Source: Candidatus Velthaea sp. (GTDB taxonomy: Bacteria; Vulcanimicrobiota; Vulcanimicrobiia; Vulcanimicrobiales; Vulcanimicrobiaceae). Taken from it: a stretch of DNA of 64,000 nt. The position numbers and the translations under genes were made by a program. The stretch lies in the NCBI GenBank assembly GCA_965214935.1, contig CBDCCS010000018.1, forward strand, positions 96,001-160,000, given 5' to 3'. Positions 48,899-58,563 of this stretch are shown one piece after another. The notes beneath the pieces are model-generated. The model saw nothing but the letters and a program-made list of their open reading frames with translations. It searched no databases and had not been told where the DNA came from. Numbering within the stretch: position 1 is the first letter of the stretch; the number at the start of each line of letters is the position of its first letter.

Positions 48899-50311
48899 TT
48901 ACGCAGTACCGAACGCGGGCGACGGACTGCGTCTGCTGCGCGGACCATCTTCGGAACGCTTGAGTGCTTCGATGAGGTCGGCAAACTGCTCCTCATAGAT
49001 GGTATAACCTTTGACCGTCGTTGCGGCAATTCCGACGTTCCACGAACGGTTCGAACCGGTGATCTGCACGTACAGCCGCGCCGGCAGCAAGTAAAACGAA
49101 ATGCACAGACCGGCAAGCAGCACGAACGCGCCGATACCAACGAGCGGAATGCCCGGATCGTACCGGTATTGGAAGCCGGAATAAAGCGTGTAACGCGTGG
49201 CGCCCAAGCGATATCCACCGCCCAAGTCAATGCTGCCGCCGAGCGGAATCGACGCACGCCCGACAGCGCGTTCGCCGTCGAAAGCGGTGATGACGACTGC
49301 CGGATCGTTCGGGCGCGGATCGGCTGCCGCCAGTCCGGTGCGCCGATCGATCGTTCCGATAAACTGTGAATATTGAATCGCGCGACTCGTCGTGCCGATC
49401 GGAAACGCCCCACCCTCTTTGAGCGGGCCTTCGGGTGAGGTTGCCAGCCGCCGGCCGTTCTGCGTTAGTGTGAAATCGACGGCGTAACCGTACGACGCTT
49501 GATAATAATCGGTGCCGTCGATATCGAGCGGATGATTGACGCGCAGCAATGCCTTGTGCGGCGCACCGTCGTTTCCAACATACGTCACGTTCGAGACGTA
49601 ATCGATCGGCTGATACACCGTGCCGCTCTTGGTCTGCACCGGATCGATGCGATAACCGAAACGGTCGAGTGTAATGCGCGCGTGCGTCTGCGGGATAACG
49701 GTCGACTGGCCGGAGATCACCGCAGTCGTTCCGCTAAAGCCGCGCGCCCAGTACATTGACGTTCCGGCGGCGATGATAACGAAGCCGACATGGGCGACGA
49801 GCACCCCGCGACGCGCCCAGTTATGCTGATCGGCGAACATCCACTCGTCGCCGCCGATTTCACGTTTGCGGATTTCCCAGCCGCGCGCGGCAAAGAACGC
49901 CTGGACGCGGCCGCGCACGAGTTCTTCATCGCCGCGCACGTTCACCGATGCATTGAGCGGGATCTTGTCGATCTTGACTGCGCGCAACGGCGGCAGCCGC
50001 GCCGGTATCACTCGCTTGAAGGTACAGACGCCGAGCGAGACGAGGATGAGGCCGATGATACCGACGTAGGCCGTCGAGTGATAGATGTTATCGAGGTCGA
50101 GGCGCAAGACGAGGCGCGCTAATTGCGGGGCGTAGTTTTGCCAGTAAAAGCTCGGGTCTTTGCCTTGATCGACGATGACGCCGATCAGCGTGAGCACACC
50201 CCAAACGGCAAACAGCGAAACGGCAAACAGAACGTTGGAAAAAAGCGCAACGAATTCAGCGTACGCTTCACGGATCGGGTTGGATCGAGTACTCAGCTGC
50301 GCGGCGGCCAT
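48899..50311 (-). CDS. resB: Cytochrome c biogenesis protein ResB/Ccs1
   Basis: IGVIVDQ, LDNIYHS, AHVGFVII, VNHPL, YQASY, DPGIPLV; adjacent to ccsA. Confidence 0.92.
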   Translation of the reverse strand: MAAAQLSTRSNPIREAYAEFVALFSNVLFAVSLFAVWGVLTLIGVIVDQGKDPSFYWQNYAPQLARLVLRLDLDNIYHSTAYVGIIGLILVSLGVCTFKRVIPARLPPLRAVKIDKIPLNASVNVRGDEELVRGRVQAFFAARGWEIRKREIGGDEWMFADQHNWARRGVLVAHVGFVIIAAGTSMYWARGFSGTTAVISGQSTVIPQTHARITLDRFGYRIDPVQTKSGTVYQPIDYVSNVTYVGNDGAPHKALLRVNHPLDIDGTDYYQASYGYAVDFTLTQNGRRLATSPEGPLKEGGAFPIGTTSRAIQYSQFIGTIDRRTGLAAADPRPNDPAVVITAFDGERAVGRASIPLGGSIDLGGGYRLGATRYTLYSGFQYRYDPGIPLVGIGAFVLLAGLCISFYLLPARLYVQITGSNRSWNVGIAATTVKGYTIYEEQFADLIEALKRSEDGPRSRRSPSPAFGTA

Positions 50312-50320
50312 ACAACTATG

Positions 50321-51097
50321 TTAAGCGAAAGCCGCTTCGCGCTTCCAAGACTTCTCGAGCAGCACGATCACCCAAATTGAAATCTCATAAAGCACGTACA
50401 TCGGCGCCGCGATCAAGAACATCGTCGTGGGCGACGCGTCGGGTGCCAGAATACCGCCCGCGCACAGAATGCCGAAGGCCGCATAGCGGCGGTATTTGCG
50501 CAGCATCGTGACGTTGATGAGCCCGATGCGTGCGAGCAGCACCATGACGACGGGCGTTTGAAAGACGAGCGCAAAGGCGAGCAGTAAGATGAGAATGAGA
50601 TTCATCGTCGATTCGATCCCGAACGTTTCTTCAGCGACTTGGTTGGTGATCATCAACAAGGCCGCGGTGACTTTCGGAATCACCAGGAAGTGGGCGAAGG
50701 CGATGCCGCACAAGCCGAGGATCAACGACGGCGCGACATACGCATACACCATGCGGCGCGTTCGCGGATGAAACGCCGGGACGATAAACATCCAAATTTG
50801 ATATAAGATCACCGGCAGTCCCAGTACGATCGCGCCGTAGATCGAGAACTTGAACTCGACGATAATCACTTCGGCCGGCCCGAACGCGTGCAAGCGGATG
50901 TTCGGAAAATACATATGCGTCAGCCACGGGATGACGTACTGGGACGGCCAGAACAACACGGCGGCGAGCCCGCCGACGACTGCCAGGCAAACGACCATCC
51001 GGTTACGGAGCTCCCGCAGGTGCTCGGTAAACGGCATTTCTTTTTGATCCCAGTCAGGCATGGTACCGGCGTCGCCGGGGCGACGCTCCGCAACCAT
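50321..51097 (-). CDS. tatC: Twin-arginine translocase subunit TatC
   Basis: MPFTEHLRELR.R, YQIWMFIVPA, FQTP, PMYVLYE. Confidence 0.95.
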   Translation of the reverse strand: MVAERRPGDAGTMPDWDQKEMPFTEHLRELRNRMVVCLAVVGGLAAVLFWPSQYVIPWLTHMYFPNIRLHAFGPAEVIIVEFKFSIYGAIVLGLPVILYQIWMFIVPAFHPRTRRMVYAYVAPSLILGLCGIAFAHFLVIPKVTAALLMITNQVAEETFGIESTMNLILILLLAFALVFQTPVVMVLLARIGLINVTMLRKYRRYAAFGILCAGGILAPDASPTTMFLIAAPMYVLYEISIWVIVLLEKSWKREAAFA

Positions 51098-51109
51098 CAG
51101 CCGGCAATC

Positions 51110-51403
51110 TCAGAGCGACTGAACCGAAGAAGTCCCCGGCGTTGCGGCCGGCGGTTCAACGACCGGCATCGTTGCCGCGGCAGCGTGGCTCTCCGCCCGT
51201 TTGCGAGCCTCCGCCCGCGCGTTTTCCGCTGCAATATCGGCCTCGGCTTGGCCGACGAGGAATTCTTTTTTCGCTTGACCGGCGCTACGGGCGAGCTTCG
51301 GCAGCTTGTCGGCGCCGAAAATTAAGACGCCACCGGCGACCACGAGAATGATCCATGTTTCGGGCCCGAGGAACGCCAGGACGGGAACGAGTGAGTTAAG
51401 CAT
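51110..51403 (-). CDS. tatA: Twin-arginine translocase subunit TatA/E
   Basis: LGPE...LIFGADKLPKLARSAGQAKKEF; start at ATG 51403. Confidence 0.92.
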   Translation of the reverse strand: MLNSLVPVLAFLGPETWIILVVAGGVLIFGADKLPKLARSAGQAKKEFLVGQAEADIAAENARAEARKRAESHAAAATMPVVEPPAATPGTSSVQSL

Positions 51404-51431
51404 GTCGATGAGGCCTCCGGCTGGGAAACGG

Positions 51432-52397
51432 CTACTTGAGCAGCGCGTCCGCGATGGCAACGAATTCGGCACGCGCCGGAACGTTCCCCAAGGGCGCAAG
51501 CGCCATCTTCGCCCGTTCGAGGTACTCCGCGATCGCAAGCTTCGTTTTGGCGAACCCGCCGCTCGCGCCAATCCCTCGAACGATACCGGAGATCCGCTCC
51601 CGCGTTTCGTTATCTTCGGTGTAGAAACGTTCGAGATCGGCACGGAATTCCCGATCTGCGCCGTCCAAGGCGAGAATGACCGGCACGGTCATTTTCTTTT
51701 CGCGCAGATCGTTGCCGACCGGCTTGCCCAGGAGAACCTCGTCGCCGGTCATGTCGAGCAAGTCGTCTTGCATCTGAAAAGCGATCCCGTAGTACAAGCC
51801 AAAGTCCGCAACCGCCTGGACGGCAATGGCTTTGCCGCCGCCCATGATCGCTCCGCATTCGCATGACGCCGAAAAGAGCCGCGCCGTCTTCTTCGTCGCA
51901 ACTTCCACGTATTCGGATAGCCGCATCTGCAGGTTGCCGAGCGAACGTAATTGCAGCACTTCGCCGTCGGTAATGTCGGCCAGCGTCGAGCTCAAAATAT
52001 TCGGCACCGGGTGCGGGTAGCCGGCGGTGACGTTTTTGAATATCCAGGCGAAGAGATAATCGCCGGCCAGCACGGAGATCCGGTTGCCGAAATCGACCGC
52101 CGTCGCGTTTACGCCACGGCGCATATCGGCATGATCGACGACGTCATCATGAATGAGCGTCGCGACATGGATCAACTCCATATATGCGGCGATCGGCAGA
52201 TGGTCGGCCGCTCGCGCACCCATCGCTTCGGCGGACAGCAACGTGAAGCGCGGACGCAACCGTTTGCCGCCCGCGGCGAGCATCCGGCGCACCGCCTCGG
52301 TTATGAGGGCATTGTCGGTTGAAAACGAGTTTTGGAAGAAATCCTCGACGAGTGCATACAGGTCGCCGGCCGGATCGTGCCGTTTTTGCAGCATCAA
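51432..52397 (-). CDS. Polyprenyl diphosphate synthase (HepT/IspB-like)
   Basis: GGKRLRP, LIHDDVVD, RRG, FQMQDDLLD, GKPVGNDLRE. Confidence 0.93.
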   Translation of the reverse strand: MMLQKRHDPAGDLYALVEDFFQNSFSTDNALITEAVRRMLAAGGKRLRPRFTLLSAEAMGARAADHLPIAAYMELIHVATLIHDDVVDHADMRRGVNATAVDFGNRISVLAGDYLFAWIFKNVTAGYPHPVPNILSSTLADITDGEVLQLRSLGNLQMRLSEYVEVATKKTARLFSASCECGAIMGGGKAIAVQAVADFGLYYGIAFQMQDDLLDMTGDEVLLGKPVGNDLREKKMTVPVILALDGADREFRADLERFYTEDNETRERISGIVRGIGASGGFAKTKLAIAEYLERAKMALAPLGNVPARAEFVAIADALLK

Positions 52398-53089
52398 GCA
52401 ACCCCGGTATGGACGGCGATCGCGCCGCCGCCCAAGCGAACGTACCGCACGTCGTGGAAACCGGCGGTACGGAATCGCTCCGCCAAAGCGTTAGCGTCGG
52501 GAAAGTTCGTCAGCGAATTCGGCAAGTAACGGTACGCGGCTTTCGATCCGCCGACGGCGCCGCCGATGAGCGGTACGAGCCGGTAGAAATAGAGATTGAA
52601 CAAGCGCCGGAAGAGCGGATTGGGCGCTTTGGTTACATCGAGATTAACGAATCGGCTGCCGGCCTTGAGCACGCGGCGCGCTTCTTTGAGCGTCCCGACA
52701 ATATCGACGACGTTTCGCATCGAGAAGCCCATCGTTGCACCGTCGAACGTCCGGTCGGCAAACGGCAGCGCCATGACGTCGGCTTCGATGAATTCGGCCT
52801 GTCCGCGCACGTCTTCGCCGCGCGCTCGCTCGCGCGCACCGGCCAGCATCGGGGCACAAAAATCGACGCCGGTGACGTGGATTGCGGGTTTCGCCCGCAG
52901 CAAATGAAAGACCAGATCGCCCGTACCGCAGCATAGGTCGAGCAGCCGCGCATCGTCGGCCGCCTGGAGCTCCGCGATCGCCCGCTTACGCCAGGCCTCA
53001 TCGACGCCCGCCGTGAGGATCTTATTCGTCGCGTCGTAGCGCGGCGCAATCGCCGCGAACATTTCGCGCACATACAGAGCTTTATCCAT
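52394..53089 (-). CDS. menG: Demethylmenaquinone methyltransferase (UbiE/MenG)
   Basis: MFAAIAPRYD, LDLCCGTGD, LPF, MRNV, AYRYLPNS. Confidence 0.9.
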   Translation of the reverse strand: MDKALYVREMFAAIAPRYDATNKILTAGVDEAWRKRAIAELQAADDARLLDLCCGTGDLVFHLLRAKPAIHVTGVDFCAPMLAGARERARGEDVRGQAEFIEADVMALPFADRTFDGATMGFSMRNVVDIVGTLKEARRVLKAGSRFVNLDVTKAPNPLFRRLFNLYFYRLVPLIGGAVGGSKAAYRYLPNSLTNFPDANALAERFRTAGFHDVRYVRLGGGAIAVHTGVA

Positions 53090-53158
53090 CGTTTGCTTGC
53101 GATCGGGTGGTTTCGCCGTCGCTCGTCCCCTTTCTTTGACCCGCCCACGGCGTGATGG

Positions 53159-54139
53159 GTGCCCGTGAGCATTGCCCTATCATCCGGTCCGGCCTTTTGC
53201 GCGGCGGTCAAGATTGCTCGAACGGTCGACTTCACGGCGTATATCCTGCAACCCGGAGCCGCGCGCGAGGCATTAATCGCCGCCGCGCACTCCGGTGCCG
53301 CCGTTCGCGTCCGGCTCGAGCGCGATCCGCTCGATGACGCGACGGGTAGCTTGCATCGCGCGAATGCCGATTCGATTCGGGTACTGCTCTCGGCCGGAGT
53401 GGATGCCGCAATGCGCGGCGCCGGCGAACCGGCCGTTCATATAAAGGCGGCGGTTGTCGACGGCGTCGCGTGGCTCGACGACCGCAATTGGACCGGCGGT
53501 CGTGAGACGATCGTGCGCGACGACGATCCGGATGATTCGGCTACGTTGGAACGTGCGCTACGCGGCGGGGATGCTGCGAACGGCGGGCACGCTACGAACG
53601 GCGCCGATCGAAACCCGACCGCTTTCGGCAACCTTGCGACCACCAAAGCGACGGCTCAAGCGTTGGAAGCGGCGCTGATCGCTGAGGCTGGACGCGAATC
53701 GCTAGCGGTTGAAAGCGAATCGTTCGGCAACGGAGCGATTTACGCTGCGCTGCTCGAGCGCGCCGGATCGAACGTGCCCACCCGCTTGCTGGTCGCCGGG
53801 CGCGAAGCGACGGCATTTGGACCGGAGGGGGACCTGGAACGACGGCGACTCGACCGCTTGGCGTCTCTCGGCGTCGAGGTGCGCGTCGGGACGAGCGGCA
53901 ATCGTGAACTTGCCGAGAAGCTTGCCGTCGCCGGCGGTCAGGCGTGGATCGGGTCGGCGAACGCGACGTACGCCGGTGGCGCGATGGGCCGGCAACAGGA
54001 CTGGGGCTTGACGACAAGCGATCCGGCCACCGTTGACGGGTTGCGCGCGGCGTTCGAGGCGAATTGGCTTGAAGCGGCTCGCCGGCAGGCAGCGGCGATC
54101 GGCACGATGCCGGGTGACGTGTTCGGTGAGAAAGTATAA
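53159..54139 (+). CDS. Phospholipase D-like domain protein
   Basis: HIKAAVVD (HKD) and a degenerate second motif AEKLAVAG...IGSAN...QQDWG, FEANW. Confidence 0.78.
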   Translation: MPVSIALSSGPAFCAAVKIARTVDFTAYILQPGAAREALIAAAHSGAAVRVRLERDPLDDATGSLHRANADSIRVLLSAGVDAAMRGAGEPAVHIKAAVVDGVAWLDDRNWTGGRETIVRDDDPDDSATLERALRGGDAANGGHATNGADRNPTAFGNLATTKATAQALEAALIAEAGRESLAVESESFGNGAIYAALLERAGSNVPTRLLVAGREATAFGPEGDLERRRLDRLASLGVEVRVGTSGNRELAEKLAVAGGQAWIGSANATYAGGAMGRQQDWGLTTSDPATVDGLRAAFEANWLEAARRQAAAIGTMPGDVFGEKV

Positions 54140-54430
54140 GGCGGCGCCGTCGACATCAACGTCGACGTTGCGCCGGCGGACCCTGATCCGCGGTCAGCAA
54201 ACGGCTGCCCCAAACGATTCGACGCGCCTGACTTTCCGCCAGGTGCCGATGACGCTCTCGGCGTCTTCGTAAGAGTACCGGCCGGCAAGATGCTTGTGAA
54301 CGGACACTTGATTCCGGCCACCCGGACAGTTATGAAACGCTGCGGCGCTGGCTGAGCAAGGCCGAAACTACCGCGTCGCAATGACCTTCAACCGGAGGTC
54401 GCCCGCGCGGGGTCGGCAATCCCGTCAATC

Positions 54431-55770
54431 ATGTTTTTGACGCAGCGCACGCAAGTGCCGGATGCGATGAACCGGCGCCGGGTGCAGTTTGCGCAGTTGG
54501 CCGCGATCGTCGTTGCGGGCTTGATCGTCCGCCTGAGCTTGATTCAGACCGCGGGTTATCATGACGACGTTACGATCTTCTCAGACTGGTTCAGCTCGAT
54601 CGCTCAGCTTCCGCCCGCCCATGTTTACGCACAAACACCCGGGCTGAATTATCCGCCGATGGCCGTCGTCATGTATGAAGTCGAGGCCTGGATATTCCAC
54701 TGGTTCGTGCATGGCCGCTACGACCACGCTACGCTCATTGTCGCCGTAAAATTGCCGGCGATCCTGATGGATGCCGTCGGGGCCTTGCTGCTTTACCGTA
54801 TCATCCGACGCCACGCAAGCCACGCACTTGCGCTTTTCGGTGCGGCGTTTTTTGCCCTGAACCCGGCGCCGATTTACGACTCTGCATTTTGGGGGCAAAA
54901 CGACGCCATCCCAACAGTTCTCGCACTCCTCGCCCTGGCCGAGCTTGCAGCCGGGCGCAACGTCATTGCGTGGATTGCGCTGACCACCGCGATCTTTATC
55001 AAGCCGCCGGTGCTCGTTCTCGTCCCGTTGCTCCTGTTGCATCCGTTGCGCGCGAGCGGTGAGGCGCGGGTGCGGCGCGTTCGCGGCGCGCTTCTCGGCT
55101 TCCTCGCTTCGGCGCTCATCGCCGAGGCTCTCGCTTACGGCTATTTCGCGCATCCGACTGCCTTGATCGCGACTCGTCATTTGGTCGGGCAATTCATTAA
55201 CTTTTCGGGCATCTTTCATTTCAATTCACTTAATGCATTCAATATTTGGGCCATCTTTCAGCCGTTTTTTGTATCGGATGCCACCAAATTCATCGGTGTC
55301 TCCATGCAACATTGGAGCGACGTTCTGTTTATCGCGGCAGCGGCCTTAATTTATTGGCGCTACACCCGCAGCCATAGCACGACTGCCCTTTTCGAGGCCG
55401 GGGCACTGGTACTACTTGCGTTCTTCCTCCTACTGACGGAAATGCACGAACGCTATCTCTATTACGCCGTCATTTTCTGCGGCACGCTAGTGTTCAAGCA
55501 ACATTACCGGCGTGCCGCATTGGTATTGTCGATCACGCTGCTATTGAATATGGAGTACGGCTTGGATTTCATGTACCTCGATGATGCCAAAGCAACGATG
55601 ATCGATCGATTCGAATTTCTCCGATGCTCAGTCACTTGTGTGCGTTGGCAAATGTCGCCGTCTTCGGTCTGCTGCTGCGAGATTTCTTAAGCGCGACTCC
55701 GCCGGCCATGCCCGCGGGCCGTGCCGCACTTCGCGTCGACGGTACGAGCGGGTCCTATGCAACCGTCTAA
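54431..55770 (+). CDS. GT-C fold membrane glycosyltransferase (mannosyltransferase-like), frameshift near 55616-55618
   Basis: NYPP, VKLPAI, NPAPIYDSAFWGQND, IKP, SLNAFNIW, TEMHERYLY. The last TM (PMLSHLCALANVAVFGLLL) is in another frame that ends at TAA 55770. Confidence 0.82.
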
Positions 55771-55800
55771 CGCTTGCCCCGGCTTCGTTGTGAGGCGTTA

Positions 55801-57108
55801 ATGCACACGCTGCTTGTTGCCGGCTCGATCCCCGCCGTTCTTGCCGGACTGTTGTTTTTTGGTACCCGCCCCGGCATCGTGGGGCGGGTCTGGTATGCGC
55901 TATGCGCCGGATTTGCCGTCTATTTGGCAACCGAATTGGTGCGCATGGCGCTGCACGAAATAGCGCAACCGCCGCTGTGGGATTTCAAGGTCTTTTGGAT
56001 GGTCGGCCAGATTTGCGCCGGCGGTCATAACCTCTACGATGTCGCCTCGTATGCTCGTTACGCAGCACTGCTCAATCCCGCGAACGACGCTGAGTTCAAT
56101 ACGATTGCGCTGCACATCGGGATGCCCTATCCGCCGCCTGCCGCAGTACTGTTTTATCCGCTTGGCTTCATTGCCGGCCTGCAAGCCGCGATGGCGGCTT
56201 GGTATGCGGTGCTCTTCGCGACGATCGGCCTGAGCATCGTTGCATTATGGCGCCAATTTCTGGCCGCAAACGGCATCCCCGGTTTCATTGCCGTCGCCGT
56301 GTTGGTTTTAGCGCTGCCGGGCACGGCGTTGACGGTCGGTTTTGGACAGCTCAACTTCTTTGCGTTGCTGCTGTTGCTCATGGTCTGGCGCCAGCCGATC
56401 GCGATGCGCGCCGGAATGTGGCTCGCGCCGCTTTCGATCGTGCGTCCGCTTAGCGCCGTCTTTGCGCTCTACTACATCGCGCGCCGGCGTTGGAGTGCGA
56501 TCTACGGCCTCGTCGCCGCGCTTTGCGTGCTATTCATCGTTGCCCTGCCGATCGTCGGAATCGCAGCTTTTCGCTCGTATCTGCAGCAAAACCCGACGCA
56601 GCGGTATCCCGAGATCTATTTCAAGGGCTGGGAGTCGCTATACAAGATCGTCGTTACGCTCGGCGGCGAGAACAGCGGCTATTTTTCGATCGGCGCGCAT
56701 CCCGTGTTCGTCGTGATTTGCGGATTGTCGATCGTCGCGGCATTTGCCGTTTGCGCATTTGCCGCGGAGAGCGAACGCGCGCTCTGCCTCTCGATGCTGC
56801 TCGCTCTGGCATTGTTTCTTTATCCGAACACCGGCGCGCATTACACGGTTCTGCTGCTCGTCCCGCTGTTCTCGGCGTGGGCGGAACGCGAGCGGTATCG
56901 ACTTCCGGCGACCACCGTCATTGCGTTCTTTACCGTCCAGTACGGACTGCTTATTTACCGTGACGGTGCGTTTACGAGCGGTTTGGTCTTCGCCATGGAT
57001 GCCGTCGTGTTTGGGCTGCTCGTCGTTCGCCTGCGATCGCAGCGCGCCGATATTCCGCTCGTCGCTTCGCTTCAAGCACGTCGGGCCGCAGTACAGACCG
57101 CCGGTTAG
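55801..57108 (+). CDS. Glycosyltransferase family 87 (DUF2029) protein
   Basis: DFKVFW, NLYD, PYPPPAAVLFYPL, FGQLN, HY; polytopic membrane protein. Confidence 0.82.
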   Translation: MHTLLVAGSIPAVLAGLLFFGTRPGIVGRVWYALCAGFAVYLATELVRMALHEIAQPPLWDFKVFWMVGQICAGGHNLYDVASYARYAALLNPANDAEFNTIALHIGMPYPPPAAVLFYPLGFIAGLQAAMAAWYAVLFATIGLSIVALWRQFLAANGIPGFIAVAVLVLALPGTALTVGFGQLNFFALLLLLMVWRQPIAMRAGMWLAPLSIVRPLSAVFALYYIARRRWSAIYGLVAALCVLFIVALPIVGIAAFRSYLQQNPTQRYPEIYFKGWESLYKIVVTLGGENSGYFSIGAHPVFVVICGLSIVAAFAVCAFAAESERALCLSMLLALALFLYPNTGAHYTVLLLVPLFSAWAERERYRLPATTVIAFFTVQYGLLIYRDGAFTSGLVFAMDAVVFGLLVVRLRSQRADIPLVASLQARRAAVQTAG

Positions 57109-57302
57109 CATGCACGTACGACGCGGCGCGCGCGTCCGTCAAAGCGGCCCGCTGTGCTCCGCGCCGATAGTCGGCTGACGGCAGCGCGACCGAAGGCCTG
57201 AGGCATAAAGAGAAGCCTTGAGTTCCTCGTATCTCGCATGATCCGGCCGACGTGCAACTATGCGTTGCATGGCAGCATCCGTGGCCGGGTATACGCTCGC
57301 TC

Positions 57303-57674
57303 ATGACACGGATTGAAATCGACGCGGAGACACTGCTCGTACGCGTGCAGGGACTCGACAAGCTGTGGGCATTTAAAAGCGAATTGCGCATTCCGCTTGC
57401 ACACATCTCCGGTGTCGCTCGGGCCGCAGAGCAGGCACGCAAAAAGTCGCTCAGCATTAGAGCGCCGGGGACGCACGTTCCGGGGCTGATAACGGCCGGC
57501 ACGTACCACACCCCGGAAGGCAAAGCATTTTGGGACGTTCGTACGGCCGATCATGCCATTGCAATCACGCTTCGCGACGACCGCTATGTAAAGCTCGTCA
57601 TCGACGTGAACGATCCAGCCGCGGAGATCGGCCGCATCGAAGCAGCCGTCGCCGCGCACGCAGCAGTCGTATAA
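57303..57674 (+). CDS. Conserved hypothetical protein
   Basis: MTRIEID...GLDKLWAFKSELRIPLAHI...RAPGT.VPG.I.AGTY...FWDV; coherent ORF between flanking genes. Confidence 0.8.
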   Translation: MTRIEIDAETLLVRVQGLDKLWAFKSELRIPLAHISGVARAAEQARKKSLSIRAPGTHVPGLITAGTYHTPEGKAFWDVRTADHAIAITLRDDRYVKLVIDVNDPAAEIGRIEAAVAAHAAVV

Positions 57675-57792
57675 CGGATCGTTCAAGAAAAGGTCGGCCG
57701 ATGAAATTGCCGACGCTTCGGGTTCATCTCTTTGCTGGTGCACTGGGCCGTTCGCAACCTTGTTTGACAGCTCGCTGCCTTTGACGGCGGAG

Positions 57793-58563
57793 TCAGACGT
57801 TGAAGAGACGGCGCGCGTTTGCGGTTGTTACGGTATCGACGTCGCCCGGCTCGCAGCCCGCAACTACCGCAATGCGCTGCGCGATATCCGTCAAGTATGC
57901 CGGTTCGTTGCGTTTCCCGCGATGTGGAATGGGCGCTAAATACGGGCAATCGGTTTCCAAAATGAGATCGTGCAGGCCGACGGCGCGGATCGCTTCACGC
58001 AGGGGCTCGGCGGTCTTGAATGTCGCGACGCCGCCGATGCCGAGGAGTAGACCGAATTCGTCGATATAGGTGCGTGCCTCAGCGGTGGTGCCGGTGAAGC
58101 AATGCACGACGCCGTGCATCGTCGAAGGGTCGAAATGCTCGCGCAGAATCGCACAAAAGTCGGCAAACGCGTCGCGCACGTGGAAAACGACCGGATATTG
58201 GCGCTCGCGCGCGTACTGCAACTGAGCGATGAGAACGCGCTGTTGATCGGCGACCGGACTATGTTCGTAAAAATAGTCTAGTCCCGTTTCACCGACGGCT
58301 ACAATCGATTGCCGGCCGATTGCCGCCAGTGCATCGAAGGCTGCGGCGATATCGGCGGGGGCGTCGACGGCTTCGTGCGGATGAATACCGATCGATGCAT
58401 GCAGCGCGAACTCGGCGGCCGTGACGAGCGCCCGCCGGCTGTCTTCGAGGTCGCAGCCGATCGTCACGATCGCGTCGACGCCGGCCGCGCGAGCGCGGGC
58501 CAGCATCGCAGGGCGGTCGTCGTCATATTTCGGGTCGTGAATGTGAGCGTGTGAATCGATCAT
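57793..58563 (-). CDS. tatD: TatD family hydrolase
   Basis: IDSHAH, GIHPH, GETGLDY, HCFTG, ETDCPYLAP, RNEP. Confidence 0.95.
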   Translation of the reverse strand: MIDSHAHIHDPKYDDDRPAMLARARAAGVDAIVTIGCDLEDSRRALVTAAEFALHASIGIHPHEAVDAPADIAAAFDALAAIGRQSIVAVGETGLDYFYEHSPVADQQRVLIAQLQYARERQYPVVFHVRDAFADFCAILREHFDPSTMHGVVHCFTGTTAEARTYIDEFGLLLGIGGVATFKTAEPLREAIRAVGLHDLILETDCPYLAPIPHRGKRNEPAYLTDIAQRIAVVAGCEPGDVDTVTTANARRLFNV

